A stretch of DNA of 64,000 nucleotides from a virus (IMGVR_UViG_2840619991_000006:32001-96000), one strand, 5' to 3'. Positions 18,268 through 29,229 are shown, numbered from the stretch's first letter. The notes: generated from the sequence alone by a model not told the origin. A program made the numbers and translations.

Positions 18268-18973
18268 CCTCTCCCGCCGCACCGTTCTGCGCGCCCTCGT
18301 CGCTGCTCCTGTGGCCGCCGCCTGCACCCCGACCATCGTCTCCGTTACGGAGAGCCGCGTCGCCGGTGTCATCGCCTTGAAGCCGGAGTTCGGCTATGTC
18401 CTGGCAGGTGGCGACTACTGGACCACCGGCTTCACCTCGCGCGCCGAGGCCATTGCTGCGGCCATGGCCGAAGCTGGCGGCAAACCCTTCCAGACGGCTG
18501 AAGTCGCGAACATCCCGATCACCTATCCGGACTTCGCCGAAGCGGCCGACGACTGGCTCCAGAACGAGGGCCATCTCGGTAACTGGCTGATGGACGCGCT
18601 GACCGGGCACAACGCCGATGCCGATTTCGAGGGCGAATTCACCGACGCCTGCGGCCGCGTCAGCCGGGAACCCATCGGCGCGGCTGGCCGGAAGGCGCTG
18701 GGCGAGGCGCTTCGCCGGCACGGCGCCCCTGAGCTGGCGGAGAAGGTCGAAGCCGGGCAGACACCGGACGAGGATTGGGGACTCCCCGACCAGATCCACG
18801 ACGCCATCCGCGCCGACCGCGCGCTGCATTCCGAGATCGAGGCCGCCGTCCGCGCCTGGGTCGATGAGCATGATCTGGACCTGGAAGCGCGCAGCCTGAC
18901 CGTCGAGGCGGTGGAGGACCATCCCGCCACCGCCGGCGCGCAGCACCAGGCGGAGGCTTCCAATGCCCCGTGA
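18260..18973 (+). CDS. Acidic hypothetical protein with twin-arginine-like N-terminus
   Basis: MHNLSRRTVLRALVAAPVAAAC. Confidence 0.6.
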   Translation: MHNLSRRTVLRALVAAPVAAACTPTIVSVTESRVAGVIALKPEFGYVLAGGDYWTTGFTSRAEAIAAAMAEAGGKPFQTAEVANIPITYPDFAEAADDWLQNEGHLGNWLMDALTGHNADADFEGEFTDACGRVSREPIGAAGRKALGEALRRHGAPELAEKVEAGQTPDEDWGLPDQIHDAIRADRALHSEIEAAVRAWVDEHDLDLEARSLTVEAVEDHPATAGAQHQAEASNAP

Positions 18974-19715
18974 CCTCCCCGTCATCCTCCAGGACCATGA
19001 GGTCCGCGCCCTGCTGGATGGTCGGAAAACGCAGCATCGATTCCCCATCACCAGCATGCGGGTGGCACGAACTCCCGAGACGCGCCCCTACACCCTGCGC
19101 GGCGAGCATCTGGTGAAGGCGCTCGACCAAGCCGACGGCTTCCGCTGCGTCCACGAAGACATCTGGACCTGGACGGCATCGGCGTTCGAACACCAGCAGC
19201 CGGCCGCCCGCACGATGTGGCTCGCGCATCTGGGATACAGCGCCGGACAGCGGCTGTGGGTGCGGGAATGCTGGTCCGATCAGGACTGCTGCAAGGGCGA
19301 AGCCATGTACCGGGCAACAGCGTGCCGGGACGGCCTGCTGCTGGACGAGAAAGCTGAAACCCACTGGCGGTCCTCCACCCACATGCCACGCTGGGCCAAC
19401 CGGATCACGCTGGTGGTGGAGGGGGTGAAGGTCGAGCGGCTCCAGGCCATCAGCGACGAAGACGTTGAGGCCGAAGGTGCCTGCAATGGGTTGCACGATT
19501 GGGATTGTCGACATCCCTACTTCCCAGACCCCGCCGGCTACTGCGTCTCCGGATGCGGAAGCTGGTCATATCAGGAGGTGTTCCAACGCCTCTGGGGGTG
19601 TCGGCACGGCGCCAAGCCCGGCCAGCGATGGGAGGACAACCCGCACGTCATCGCCCTGACCTTCCGCGTCCACCGGGCGAACATCGACAAGCTGGAGGTG
19701 GCCCATGCCTCGTGA
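18963..19715 (+). CDS. ASCH/PUA-like phage protein
   Basis: VRALLDGRKTQHR, LWVRECW, WRSSTHMPRWANRITL, ERLQAISDED, WEDNPHV. Confidence 0.8.
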   Translation: MPRDLPVILQDHEVRALLDGRKTQHRFPITSMRVARTPETRPYTLRGEHLVKALDQADGFRCVHEDIWTWTASAFEHQQPAARTMWLAHLGYSAGQRLWVRECWSDQDCCKGEAMYRATACRDGLLLDEKAETHWRSSTHMPRWANRITLVVEGVKVERLQAISDEDVEAEGACNGLHDWDCRHPYFPDPAGYCVSGCGSWSYQEVFQRLWGCRHGAKPGQRWEDNPHVIALTFRVHRANIDKLEVAHAS

Positions 19716-21021
19716 CGGCTATTCCCACGATCACTGGAAGAGGGAGCTGGTCCGCCCCTTCTCCCGGCATGAGCAGGGGGTGCTTGCCGACGTCGTGTGC
19801 CGGGAAGAGGCGGATCGGCCGAGCATCGGCGGACACGACGCCGACACCGGGCACCTCCTGACCGAGCGCAAGATGATCGTGCCCAAGGAAATCGACGCCT
19901 ACTTCAGCGTGACCGCGCGGCCGACCGCCTTCGGAAAGCTGGTGGCTCACGCCTATGAGGCGGTGACGCTCTGCCACGCCTACCCGCTCGACCATGAACC
20001 GCCGACCCTGTTCAAGATGGACTGCCCGGAGTGCAACGGCACCGGCGCAGAGAAGCCGGATTGCTGGCTGTGCAAGGGCGACCGCCGGATCAAGGCGACT
20101 GTCGCTTACCGGCATGGCTACAAGAAAGCCGACCTGGAGGATTTGGAGGACGACGGCTGGTGCGACTGCCCGGCCTGCCACGGCGAATCCTGCCGGACCT
20201 GTGAAGGCAACGGAACCGTCTACGCCGACTATCTCAGGCGGGAAGCGCTACGCGTCCTGCTGAGTGAGAACGCCAGCCACACCGGGCCGTTCCCGGAGAT
20301 GCGCTGGTCCGGCGAGCGATGGTGCCCAGGCTTTATCAACGAGGACGCCCTGCTCAGCCAAGCCGCCTTGGACTGGCTGCGCCTCATGAACTGGAGCAGC
20401 GGTCTCTACAGCGACATGTTCTCCCAATGGTTCTATCTGGACGCCGAGGCAAAGGACGTCGCTGCCGCGGTGCTGAAGCCGACCGAAACCGCCGATCTCG
20501 TCCGCATGTGGCTGGCCGGCGAGCCTTGGAAACCTGCAAAGCGGTCCGGCCAGTTCTACGAGCACGAGCGGGAGAAGTTCGAGGAGGCCGCCGCCTTCCA
20601 CCGGTGCCGGTTCCGGGGCTGGATCGCACACGACTATCGCAGCGGGAACTACTTCTGGACCGAGGACGGCAGGGAAGCTATCGCGGGGTGGGACGGTGCC
20701 GAAATCCGCCTCTCACGTCCTCGGATTGAGGAGCCGACACGGGACCTTCGGGCCATGGAACGGATGTCCCGCGCCCGCCGGGGTGTGTGGAAGGCCGAAG
20801 CAGCGGTGATCCGGAGCGCTGACCGGATTGAGGCAGCGCAAGCCCGGCTCGATGCCGCCATGGACCGCGGCGACAACGACGAGGCGGCTCGGTGGCGCCG
20901 GCGGGTGGACGCCGAGGTGGGCAGCCTCTTCAGCGGCTACGCCGTAGAATCTCGGTGGCTCGACCGGCAGCGGCAGGAACTCGCTTGGGCGCTTGCCGCG
21001 GCGGAGGGACGTCATGGCTGA
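19705..21021 (+). CDS. Hypothetical protein with DnaJ-type CxxCxGxG zinc repeats
   Basis: CPECNGTG, CWLCKGD, CPACHG, CRTCEGNG. Confidence 0.65.
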   Translation: MPRDGYSHDHWKRELVRPFSRHEQGVLADVVCREEADRPSIGGHDADTGHLLTERKMIVPKEIDAYFSVTARPTAFGKLVAHAYEAVTLCHAYPLDHEPPTLFKMDCPECNGTGAEKPDCWLCKGDRRIKATVAYRHGYKKADLEDLEDDGWCDCPACHGESCRTCEGNGTVYADYLRREALRVLLSENASHTGPFPEMRWSGERWCPGFINEDALLSQAALDWLRLMNWSSGLYSDMFSQWFYLDAEAKDVAAAVLKPTETADLVRMWLAGEPWKPAKRSGQFYEHEREKFEEAAAFHRCRFRGWIAHDYRSGNYFWTEDGREAIAGWDGAEIRLSRPRIEEPTRDLRAMERMSRARRGVWKAEAAVIRSADRIEAAQARLDAAMDRGDNDEAARWRRRVDAEVGSLFSGYAVESRWLDRQRQELAWALAAAEGRHG

Positions 21022-24000
21022 GCCAGCAACCCCCACCCACGTCATCCTGCCAGCGGCATCGCTCTGGACAATCCTTCACCACGCCGAAAAGGAGCATGAA
21101 CGGCTCTCGACTTGGCTGGAGCTGGGCGCCCATCCGTCGTTCGGTCAGGATGCCACGGATCTGGCCACCGCGATCACGCTGGCCGTCCGGACGCTCACCC
21201 ATGGGCCGGGCGGTTCCTCCATCGCCCTGCCCGTCCTGACCGCCGCCACGCTGCGCTACTACGCGACGCGCGAAATCGCCCGGCTCGTCGGCATGGGGGC
21301 TTGGTTCGCCGACGCCGACCTCGACCGACAGGCTGCCGAACTGAAGGAGGCCCTGGGCAAGATCCCCTACACGCTTCGGAAGGAGGAGGCCCCGGTGGTC
21401 CCCCCCTCTGCGGCCATACACACCGCTGCATCGCGAGGGGAGGCCGCCCATGGGTGAGATCGCCGACATGATGCTGGACGGCACCCTGTGCGAAGGATGC
21501 GGCGAGTTGATCGACGACGGCGACGGTGACGGCTTCCCGCGCCGCTGCGCCGACTGCGGTGGTGGTGCCGATCGTCCCCACCGGCGCCGGTCGGAACGGG
21601 CTTCCCCGGGTGATGGCCGCGACGTCCTCGACCGCGCCGCCCGTGCCTATCTCTCCACCATCGCCGCCACCAGCGACGGCCTGAAGGTCCGGTCCTCTGC
21701 CTGGAACGACCCCCGGTTCCAGGCCTGCCAGGAGGCCGGATACGTCAGCTACCAGAAGATCAGCAACCGCTCCCGCGTGATCCGCGTGACGCCCGAAGGC
21801 GTCGCCTATCTGGCCGCAACGCGGCGCACCCGCTCCAGGAGTCTGGCCCATGCCTGAACCGGTTCTCGCCCTGCCCTACTGCGGCCCCTCTCACCACCTG
21901 GACGTTCTGGAACGCCTCGTGACGCGGCAGACCTGCCTCATGGGCTGGTCCTGGCCGGACCTGCCGAACGATCACCGCAACGCGCTCCTCGAGGAAGCCA
22001 ATCATCTCCTGACCCACGCTCTCCGGGAGCTTAACCGCGACCTGCTGGTCGCCGAACTGAAGATATTCGGCTTCGACAACGTTGCCTCGATCCCCGAGTT
22101 GAACAGCGTTGAACACTGGATCGGCACTCTCCTGGAAATGGCCCGCGAACAGGCGTTCAAGCTGTCCAGCTACCAACGCAAAATCGAGGGGAGATAGCGC
22201 CGGTGACCGACGCTGCCGCCCTGCCCCGCCGCGCGATCTCCGCCATTCCCACCATGCCGAACCGGGCGGCTCGCGCCTCCGTGGCTATGGAGTGCCGGCT
22301 CGCGCCTGAAGGCATCCGCCAGAACGGCGACGGCGGTTTCCGCGTGGCGCTCGACTTCCACCCGCTCGACCGGCCCGACCTGTTCTTGAACGCTTCCGCT
22401 GGCGCCTCGTTCATGCTGGTCGCCGTTGAGCTGGATGACGACGGCGAACCCAAGCCGCCGGTCTTCATCGGGCGGCCCGGCCAGAACTGGGACGAGATGA
22501 AGCCCGCGGCGCAGGCCGCTATGCGGTGCCGCGACGCTGAATTTCGCCGCTTTCTCACCCGCTGGGCCGGTGAGCCCATCGAGACGGTCGAGGATGCCTC
22601 CGATGCCGTCTGCCTGCACTGCGGTGTCAATCGCAAGCGCCAGATCACACCCCGCTCACAGGCCGCCAGCCTGTGGGCCGAACTCGATTCCACCTTCCGA
22701 TATTGGCAACTCCGAGGAGACCTGCCGTGATTGTTTCGAATGTACCGAACTGCGCGAAGAACCCCGAACTGACGGCGCTCAAGAAAGCCTTGGTCGAGGT
22801 GCGCAGCGCCCATTTCACGGGGCTGAAACTGTCCAGGATCGTCGCCTATGCCTTGGGCGACGGAGATGCCACCAGCCGCAGCACCTTTGAAAGCTATGGG
22901 CCCAGCATGACCAAGCCCGGCGAGAGGAAGCCGGTGTCGGGATGGCTTCCCAGCGCACAGTATGCGGAGCGAGTCGACGATGCGTCCGCGGCCCTGCCGA
23001 AGCCGAAGACCAAGGAGGCCCCCGCTTCCGAGCGCTGGGCCATCATGAGCGGTGTCCGGCCCGATGGCCGGGCGTTCGCCAAGGCCTGGAAGGAAGGCGC
23101 CGACGCCGTGACGATCAACGTCACCAAGGCCCACAACGAGGTGCACGCCCGGCTGGACGCCGCGCTCCAGGCGCAGATTTGGGAGCTGGAGCGGCGCGCC
23201 GCGGCACAGGAGGCGACATGCGCCGCATAGCCGAGGCCGGCGAGCCGGGCAGGGCGGCGATGGGGCAGGCGCCCTGCCCACCCGTTTCGGCCGCAGTGCA
23301 TAACCCCGCCCTGATCCCGCGCCGCCTCACCCTCTTCGAGCGCCTCTACGCTCACCGGGACATCCCCGGCCAAACCGAAATCATCCCGCCCTTCCTGGAG
23401 CACTGAAATGCGCTTCCCGATCCTTTCGGCCCGCCCGGTGACGGCGGGCAACACCCGAGCTTTGCCCTTGATGGCCGACATGCTGCGCCAGCAGGCGGAC
23501 CTTCTCGACCAGGATGGCGACAGCCGGACCGCCAATGCCGCCCGTGCCCGCGCCGGTCGACTCACGCTTGAGGCGGCGGAGGCCAGCATCCGCTCCGGCG
23601 CCGCCGTCATCGGGAGCGCCGGCCATGCGTGACGCCCTCGCTTGCCTGCCTCGCCTCCTGATCGGCTGGCCCCTGTTCGCCATTGGGTATGTCGCCTGCT
23701 GGCTCTCCCACCCCGTCAAGGCGGGCTATCGCTCCGCCGAATCCCACATCGCCGGCGCCGACGCTGACCGCGCGAACCGGCTGGTCACCATCTCCGGAGA
23801 AATCGTCCCATGAGCCACCCGGCCCGCACCCTTCCGCCGCTTGCCTCCCCCGGCATCACGGCGCCGCCGCCGGTCCACATCGAGATCGCGCCGGAAGAAA
23901 TCGCCAGCGTGACCGTCTCGGATGCGCTGTCCGCCCTCGACCTCGTCATCCATGAGGCCCGCGTCGTCGTCAGCAACCCGACCCGCTACGAGGGAAGTGC

Positions 24001-24091
24001 CGAGCGGCAGCAGCGCCTTCACCAGCAGGATCGCCGCCATCTGGTTCGGCTTCTGGCCGTGCGCGACCTCATAGCCGGGCAGGGGGCGTGA
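21014..24091 (+). CDS. Run of phage hypothetical genes (21014-21457, 21450-21857, 21850-22197, 22203-22730, 22727-23230, 23408-23632, 23625-23813, 23810-24091)
   Basis: Overlapping start/stop codons, GGAG RBSs, consistent codon bias. Confidence 0.6.
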
Positions 24092-24094
24092 ACG

Positions 24095-26311
24095 ATGCTG
24101 ACCGAATATAGGGAAGTCCGCCATTTCCACGTCTGCGGCGGCATCGGCGGGGGCGTGAAGGGCTTCAACCGAGGCACCGCCCGCGTCGGCAACATGGAGG
24201 CTGTCTTCCGCTGCGTTGGCTCGGTGGACGTCGATCCCGTCGCCACGGCCTCGCTGGAAAGGGTGACCGGCGTGAAGGGCACCGTGCTGGACCTGTTCGA
24301 CCGGCGTCAGTACATCGCCTTCCATGGGAAGGAGCCGCCGGCGGATTGGCGCCCGGCAACGGCGGAGGATTTCCGCCGCGCCGCCGGCAACGAGCGCCCG
24401 CACATCGTCTTCATGTCCACCCCCTGCAAGGGGAACAGCGGTCTCATCTCCACCAAGACGGCGCAGGCGCCGAAGTACATCGCGCTCAACGAGCTGGCGC
24501 TGCGGGCTGTCTTCCTGACGTTGGAAGCTTGGGGCGACGATCCGAACGAACTGATCCTGTTCGAGAACGTGCCCCGCATCGCCCAACGCAGCCGCGGGCT
24601 GCTCGACAAGATCATCAAGATGCTGCACCGCTACGGCTATGCCGTCGCCGAGACCGCCCACGACTGCGGCGAAATCGGCGGGCTGGCGCAGAGCCGCAAG
24701 CGGTTCCTCATGGTGGCCCGCCACATGGCGAAGGTGCCGCCGTTCCTCTACGAACCGCCGAAGCGCCGCCTGCGCGGGGTCGGCGAGGTGCTGGAGCGCC
24801 TGCCCCTGCCCGGCGATCCGCTGGCCGGGCCGATGCATCGGGTGCCGTCCCTGCATTGGAAGACGTGGGTGCGGCTGGCCTTCGTGGAAGCCGGTTCGGA
24901 CTGGCGGTCGCTGAACCGGCTGCGCGTCGAGGACGGCGTGCTGGCCGACTATGGGATCGTGCCCGCGGGCCGGTGGCGGGACGACATCCTCGGCGTGCTG
25001 CCGTGGCATGGGACTGCACCGACCATCACCGGGAATGCCGGCCCGACCACCGGGCGGTTCAGCGTGGCCGATCCGCGCGCCACCAGCACCCGCGAAGGCA
25101 CCGGCTATCTCGGGGTGCAGGATTGGGCGCGCCCGTCCGGCACTGTCACCGGCAATGCACGCCCCGGGGCGGGAGCCTTCAGCGTGGCGGACCCACGGCA
25201 TCCCGAAGGCGCCGACCAGTACGGCCAATACGGCGTTCGCACCTGGGACCAGCCGACCGGCGCCATCATCAACGTGAAGTCACCTGGGCAGGGGCCGCAT
25301 TCCGTCGCCGATCCGCGCTACGACGAGCGGGGGCGGTTCAACAACGTCTACCGCGTCGTCCGGTTCGACGAACCCTGCGCAACGATCACCGCCGGGCAGG
25401 GGCCGACCTCCGGCGGCATGGCGGTTGCCGACCCCCGCGCGCCCGTTGGGAGCCACACCAGCAAGTATCGGGTGACCGGCTTCGATGAACACGCCGGGAC
25501 TGTGATCGCGGCCAGCACCACCGGCCAGGGAGCCTTTTCTGTTGCCGACCCACGGTGCCAGTGGAACCCGAACGCCCACACCAGCAAGCTCCGGGTGATC
25601 CCCTACGGCGACCCGTCCTCAACCATCACCGGGAGCGCGTCATCCTCCCACGGCTTCACGTCGGGCGCCCTGTCGGTGGCGGACCCACGTTGCTCGACCG
25701 ACCGCCGGAACGGAGCGCTGGGGGTGCGGACCTGGGACGAGGCCGCCGGTGCCGTGGCGGGCGAGTCCCTGCCACCCAACGGGGCCTTCTCGGTCGCCGA
25801 TCCCCGGCCGGACTGCTTCCGGGATGGGAAGGAGGCCTACACGACGGGCGGGCATTACGGCGTGCTGGGATGGGATGAAACCAGCGGAGCCGTGACAGGC
25901 CACCCGAAGAACAACAACGGCCGTTGGTCCGTTGCGGACCCGCGGGAAGCCGCTGGGGAGCCGGTCATCGGTCTGCCTGCCCCGGACCAGAAGATGGTGG
26001 CGGTCATCCAGGCCACCGACGGGACGTGGCATCGCCCGTTCACGACGCTGGAACTGGCAGCGCTCCAGAGCCTCGTGGATCTCGACAACCCCTGCCTGAC
26101 GCTCGCCGGCAGCAGCGATGCGGCTTGGCGCGAGCACATCGGGAACATGGTCCCGCCCGATGCCGCCGCGGCCATGGCGTCGGTGATGGGGCGCACGCTT
26201 CTGCTCGCCTGGTCTGGTGAGAGCTTCATGCTCAGTAGCGACCCGATCTGGGTCCAGCCGCTGACCATCGCGCTTGCCGTCGACACCAGCAGCCAGATCG
26301 CGGCGGAGTGA
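24095..26311 (+). CDS. C5 DNA cytosine methyltransferase with internal repeats
   Basis: Motif I HVCGGIGG, catalytic PCKG, ENV, QSRKR, C-terminal RPFTTLELAALQ and IGNMVPP; eight VADPR repeats. Confidence 0.9.
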   Translation: MLTEYREVRHFHVCGGIGGGVKGFNRGTARVGNMEAVFRCVGSVDVDPVATASLERVTGVKGTVLDLFDRRQYIAFHGKEPPADWRPATAEDFRRAAGNERPHIVFMSTPCKGNSGLISTKTAQAPKYIALNELALRAVFLTLEAWGDDPNELILFENVPRIAQRSRGLLDKIIKMLHRYGYAVAETAHDCGEIGGLAQSRKRFLMVARHMAKVPPFLYEPPKRRLRGVGEVLERLPLPGDPLAGPMHRVPSLHWKTWVRLAFVEAGSDWRSLNRLRVEDGVLADYGIVPAGRWRDDILGVLPWHGTAPTITGNAGPTTGRFSVADPRATSTREGTGYLGVQDWARPSGTVTGNARPGAGAFSVADPRHPEGADQYGQYGVRTWDQPTGAIINVKSPGQGPHSVADPRYDERGRFNNVYRVVRFDEPCATITAGQGPTSGGMAVADPRAPVGSHTSKYRVTGFDEHAGTVIAASTTGQGAFSVADPRCQWNPNAHTSKLRVIPYGDPSSTITGSASSSHGFTSGALSVADPRCSTDRRNGALGVRTWDEAAGAVAGESLPPNGAFSVADPRPDCFRDGKEAYTTGGHYGVLGWDETSGAVTGHPKNNNGRWSVADPREAAGEPVIGLPAPDQKMVAVIQATDGTWHRPFTTLELAALQSLVDLDNPCLTLAGSSDAAWREHIGNMVPPDAAAAMASVMGRTLLLAWSGESFMLSSDPIWVQPLTIALAVDTSSQIAAE

Positions 26312-26317
26312 CCGGCC

Positions 26318-26991
26318 ATGCATTCGACCGATCCCTTCATCCTCTCTGACGGCACTGAGCTTCCCGCTCCCACATCAACACGCCATGGCCGGAGCTGGGC
26401 ATGGGCTGGTGGCGGCTACGGCTCGTGCTCGATCACCGAACACCGGCATGGCCAGGCCCTGCTGCGGCTGGTCGCCAGCCTGCGCGATCCGCCCGACCAC
26501 CCGGCCGAGCCGGGTTCCTACGACGAAGATGCTCGGCGGGGGAGGGCGGCCGACTTCCTCGGCCGTCTCATTGCCCATCGCATGGCCGAGGGCTGGCGGC
26601 TCATCTCCGCCGATGCGCTATCTGCCACGCTGGTGGCGAGCATGGCACGGCCTTCAGGCCAGGGGAGGGCAGAGTGAGCCGGTCCGTGACAGTCACCAAC
26701 ATCGGCGCCGCTCCCAGCGGCGCTACCATCCCGCCGCCGTATCACTACCAGCGGCTCGACGCCTACCAGAGCCGTTTTGCCGAGATCGAAGAGGATTTCC
26801 GGGCCGGACGCATCACCCCACAGGAGAGGCGGACCAGGATGGAGCAGGCCCGCGATCAATCCGGCATCACCAACGCGGCGCCACCAACCGAATACCGGGT
26901 GCCGAAGGCGGCCCACATGACGGAGCTGGAATACTGCAACAAGCGGCGAAACGTCGATCTGCGATCCCGCTCCCGCCGGCAGGCTGCATGA
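26318..26991 (+). CDS. Two hypothetical genes (26318-26677, 26674-26991)
   Basis: GTGA overlap, operon context. Confidence 0.5.
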
Positions 26992-27023
26992 GCCCACCAC
27001 CCAACTCGAAGGAATCGGCCGAC

Positions 27024-27671
27024 ATGACCATCAGCAGCCTGCGCACCCCAGAGTTCATCACCTTCACCGGCCTGGACGCCAGAACGGACCTTGCTCGCGC
27101 GCTCCACATCGCCACGGTTTACCCCGTGGAGTTCGGCGTGCTGTTCAGTGGGACCCGGCAGGGCAGGGAGCCTCGGTATCCTGATCGGAAGACGATCACG
27201 CACATCGCATGCGCAGGACTCCCTCGGCTCGCTGCGCACGTCTGTGGTGGGTATGCTTGGCGGATCAACACCAACACTCCGACCGGACTCAATCTGACCC
27301 CGTTCCGGCGGGTGCAGGTCAACCACCCGTCACCAGACGCTGGGGCGATTGCCCGCGAGATGGAAGAGTGGGGTAGGCCGCGAGGCGTCGCCCAGACTCG
27401 TGACCTGGAGTTCCCAGCCAGCACGATGGTCGACTGGCTGTTCGACCGCTCGGCCGGGGAGGGGAAGGCGCCGGAAGAATGGCCGCAGCACCCCGGCGGC
27501 GACCGGCTGGTCGGCTATGCCGGCGGGATCGGCCCCGGCAACGTGGGCGATGTGCTGAGGAAGATCGCCGCCACGGGGCCGTACTGGATTGACATGGAAA
27601 GCGGGGTCCGCACCGACGACTGGCTGGACCTGGACAAAGTCGAGGCGGTGTGTCGGGCGTTTTACCGGTAG
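27024..27671 (+). CDS. Phage TrpF/PRAI-like TIM-barrel protein
   Basis: LFDRSAGEG, GYAGGIGPGNV, WIDMESGVR...LDLDKVEAV. Confidence 0.75.
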   Translation: MTISSLRTPEFITFTGLDARTDLARALHIATVYPVEFGVLFSGTRQGREPRYPDRKTITHIACAGLPRLAAHVCGGYAWRINTNTPTGLNLTPFRRVQVNHPSPDAGAIAREMEEWGRPRGVAQTRDLEFPASTMVDWLFDRSAGEGKAPEEWPQHPGGDRLVGYAGGIGPGNVGDVLRKIAATGPYWIDMESGVRTDDWLDLDKVEAVCRAFYR

Positions 27672-27690
27672 GGCAGGGCGGAAAGGGGAG

Positions 27691-27726
27691 GGGCTGGAGC
27701 ATCACCGGTTGGATGCGCTCCAGCCC
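27691..27726. terminator. Hairpin between convergent operons
   Basis: GGGCTGGAGC...GCTCCAGCCC. Confidence 0.55.
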
Positions 27727-27736
27727 CACGGCTCCG

Positions 27737-27777
27737 GTTTAATCGATTAAACTCCGGCCCGGTTTAATTGATTAAAC
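27737..27777. promoter_or_regulatory. Two 16-bp palindromes; candidate partition site
   Basis: GTTTAATCGATTAAAC (27737-27752) and GTTTAATTGATTAAAC (27762-27777) at the end of the par operon. Confidence 0.55.
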
Positions 27778-28447
27778 CAGCAAGCTCATCGTCGATTTTC
27801 TGGATCTCCAGAAGCAGCTTCGCGCGTCGCGCTTCCAGTTCCGCACGGCGCGTGGCATTCGACGGCGCTGGACCGCGCAAGGCCTTCCAGAACTGCCGAA
27901 CCTCGGACTGCCGAACGTCCGGGCGCAGCAGACCGCGCTCGGCCGCCTGCCGGCGTTCTTCATCTGATAGCCGGGCCAGCATGTAGACCGTGCCGTAACC
28001 TGCCGCAGCCACCTCCACCGGCACCACGTTGTCGCGGATCGCGCGATAGGCGCTCATGAGCTGGGAACGGGCCGACTTCCCGAAGCGACGGTTCAGTCCA
28101 TCGTACAGCGCCGCCCGGTCCTCCTCGCTCAGTCGGGTTTCTGCGATGGACAGCAGCTCTCCGATCCGAAGGAACCGCTGCTGAGCGTCTTCCCACAGTT
28201 CCGAGATCCGGTTGATGAACTCGTCAACGGTCTGCGGAATCCGTCCCTCCGGAAGGGGAGGGAACACGTCGCCGTCCAACGCTTCGACCATCGGCGGGGG
28301 AGGGGGCTCGACCGGCGCGGCGACGGTGTTCATCACCGTTGTCAGGTAGGCCGATTGAGCCAGGGAGGGCGGGGCCTCCTTCGGCTTCCGAGCCCGTGGC
28401 TTCCGCACCACCTCGAAGTCCTTGCCGGCGACCTTCTCTTTAGCCAC
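27764..28447 (-). CDS. ParA partner protein, DUF3102-like
   Basis: Overlaps parA stop; FLRIGELLSIAETRL...SARSQLMSAY...YGTVYMLARL. Confidence 0.65.
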   Translation of the reverse strand: MAKEKVAGKDFEVVRKPRARKPKEAPPSLAQSAYLTTVMNTVAAPVEPPPPPMVEALDGDVFPPLPEGRIPQTVDEFINRISELWEDAQQRFLRIGELLSIAETRLSEEDRAALYDGLNRRFGKSARSQLMSAYRAIRDNVVPVEVAAAGYGTVYMLARLSDEERRQAAERGLLRPDVRQSEVRQFWKALRGPAPSNATRRAELEARRAKLLLEIQKIDDELAGLIN

Positions 28448-29084
28448 GGAAGGTCTCCAGCAGGGCGAGGGCCTCGGCGCCGATGGCTTCGATGTCGTCG
28501 GCCATGGCGGAGTAGGGCGCCGGCTTCTGCGCGAAGCTGGCGTGGTTGATCGAAGCCTTCAGCCCGAGATCCGCCTTCAATGTCGGGATCGACAAGCCTT
28601 CGAGTTGCTTCCGGGCGATCTGGTCCACCGAGGCCCGGCGATCAACCTGCGACAGGACGGCGGCCGCGGGGATATGCGCCTTCGGGGAGAACCGCCGTGC
28701 CTTCGTGATCGCGTTCACGACGTGCTGATAGGTGCGGAACGCCTCCACGACATCCTTCGCGTCGGCCTTGGTCGGGATCAGCACCAGCGACGAGATGTCG
28801 ATCGCATTGACCAGCGCCGTGCTGTTGGCGCCGGGGACATCGACCAACACGAAGTCGTGGCTGGCGGAGACCTCATTCGCGACCTGAACCAGATCATCGG
28901 CCTGGACGATCCGGAACTCGACCATCCCGGTTGCGGCGAGCCACCCGCTCAGGTTCTTGTTCGGGTCGGCATCGATGCAGAAGACAGACGCCCCCCGGCG
29001 CTTGAGAAATTCGGCAAGCGCGTTGACAAGCGTGGTCTTGCCGACGCCGCCCTTGCTGCTGCCAACAGTGATGATTCGGCCCAT
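28440..29084 (-). CDS. parA: ParA partition ATPase (short type)
   Basis: KGGVGKTT, IDADPN, DFVLVDVPG. Confidence 0.92.
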   Translation of the reverse strand: MGRIITVGSSKGGVGKTTLVNALAEFLKRRGASVFCIDADPNKNLSGWLAATGMVEFRIVQADDLVQVANEVSASHDFVLVDVPGANSTALVNAIDISSLVLIPTKADAKDVVEAFRTYQHVVNAITKARRFSPKAHIPAAAVLSQVDRRASVDQIARKQLEGLSIPTLKADLGLKASINHASFAQKPAPYSAMADDIEAIGAEALALLETFRG

Positions 29085-29191
29085 TCCAACCTCTGCCGGT
29101 TTGGCCGGACGTCGCGTGAAAGGTCGCGATCGGTACCGGTGAAATTCGGCTGAGGGTGCGCGATAGGGGAGGGCGGCGTCAAGAAGCGATG

Positions 29192-29229
29192 GGTGTGGGG
29201 TTAGGCGACCGGTCGCTTTACCCCACACC
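29192..29229. repeat. Inverted pair of iterons between repA and parA
   Basis: GGTGTGGGGTTAGGCGACC followed by GGTCGCTTTACCCCACACC. Confidence 0.75.

Noticed and set aside
27737-27777. Palindromes as a protelomerase site or CtrA box
   Set aside because: Short, no protelomerase in the window, and TTAA spacing is 4 rather than 7
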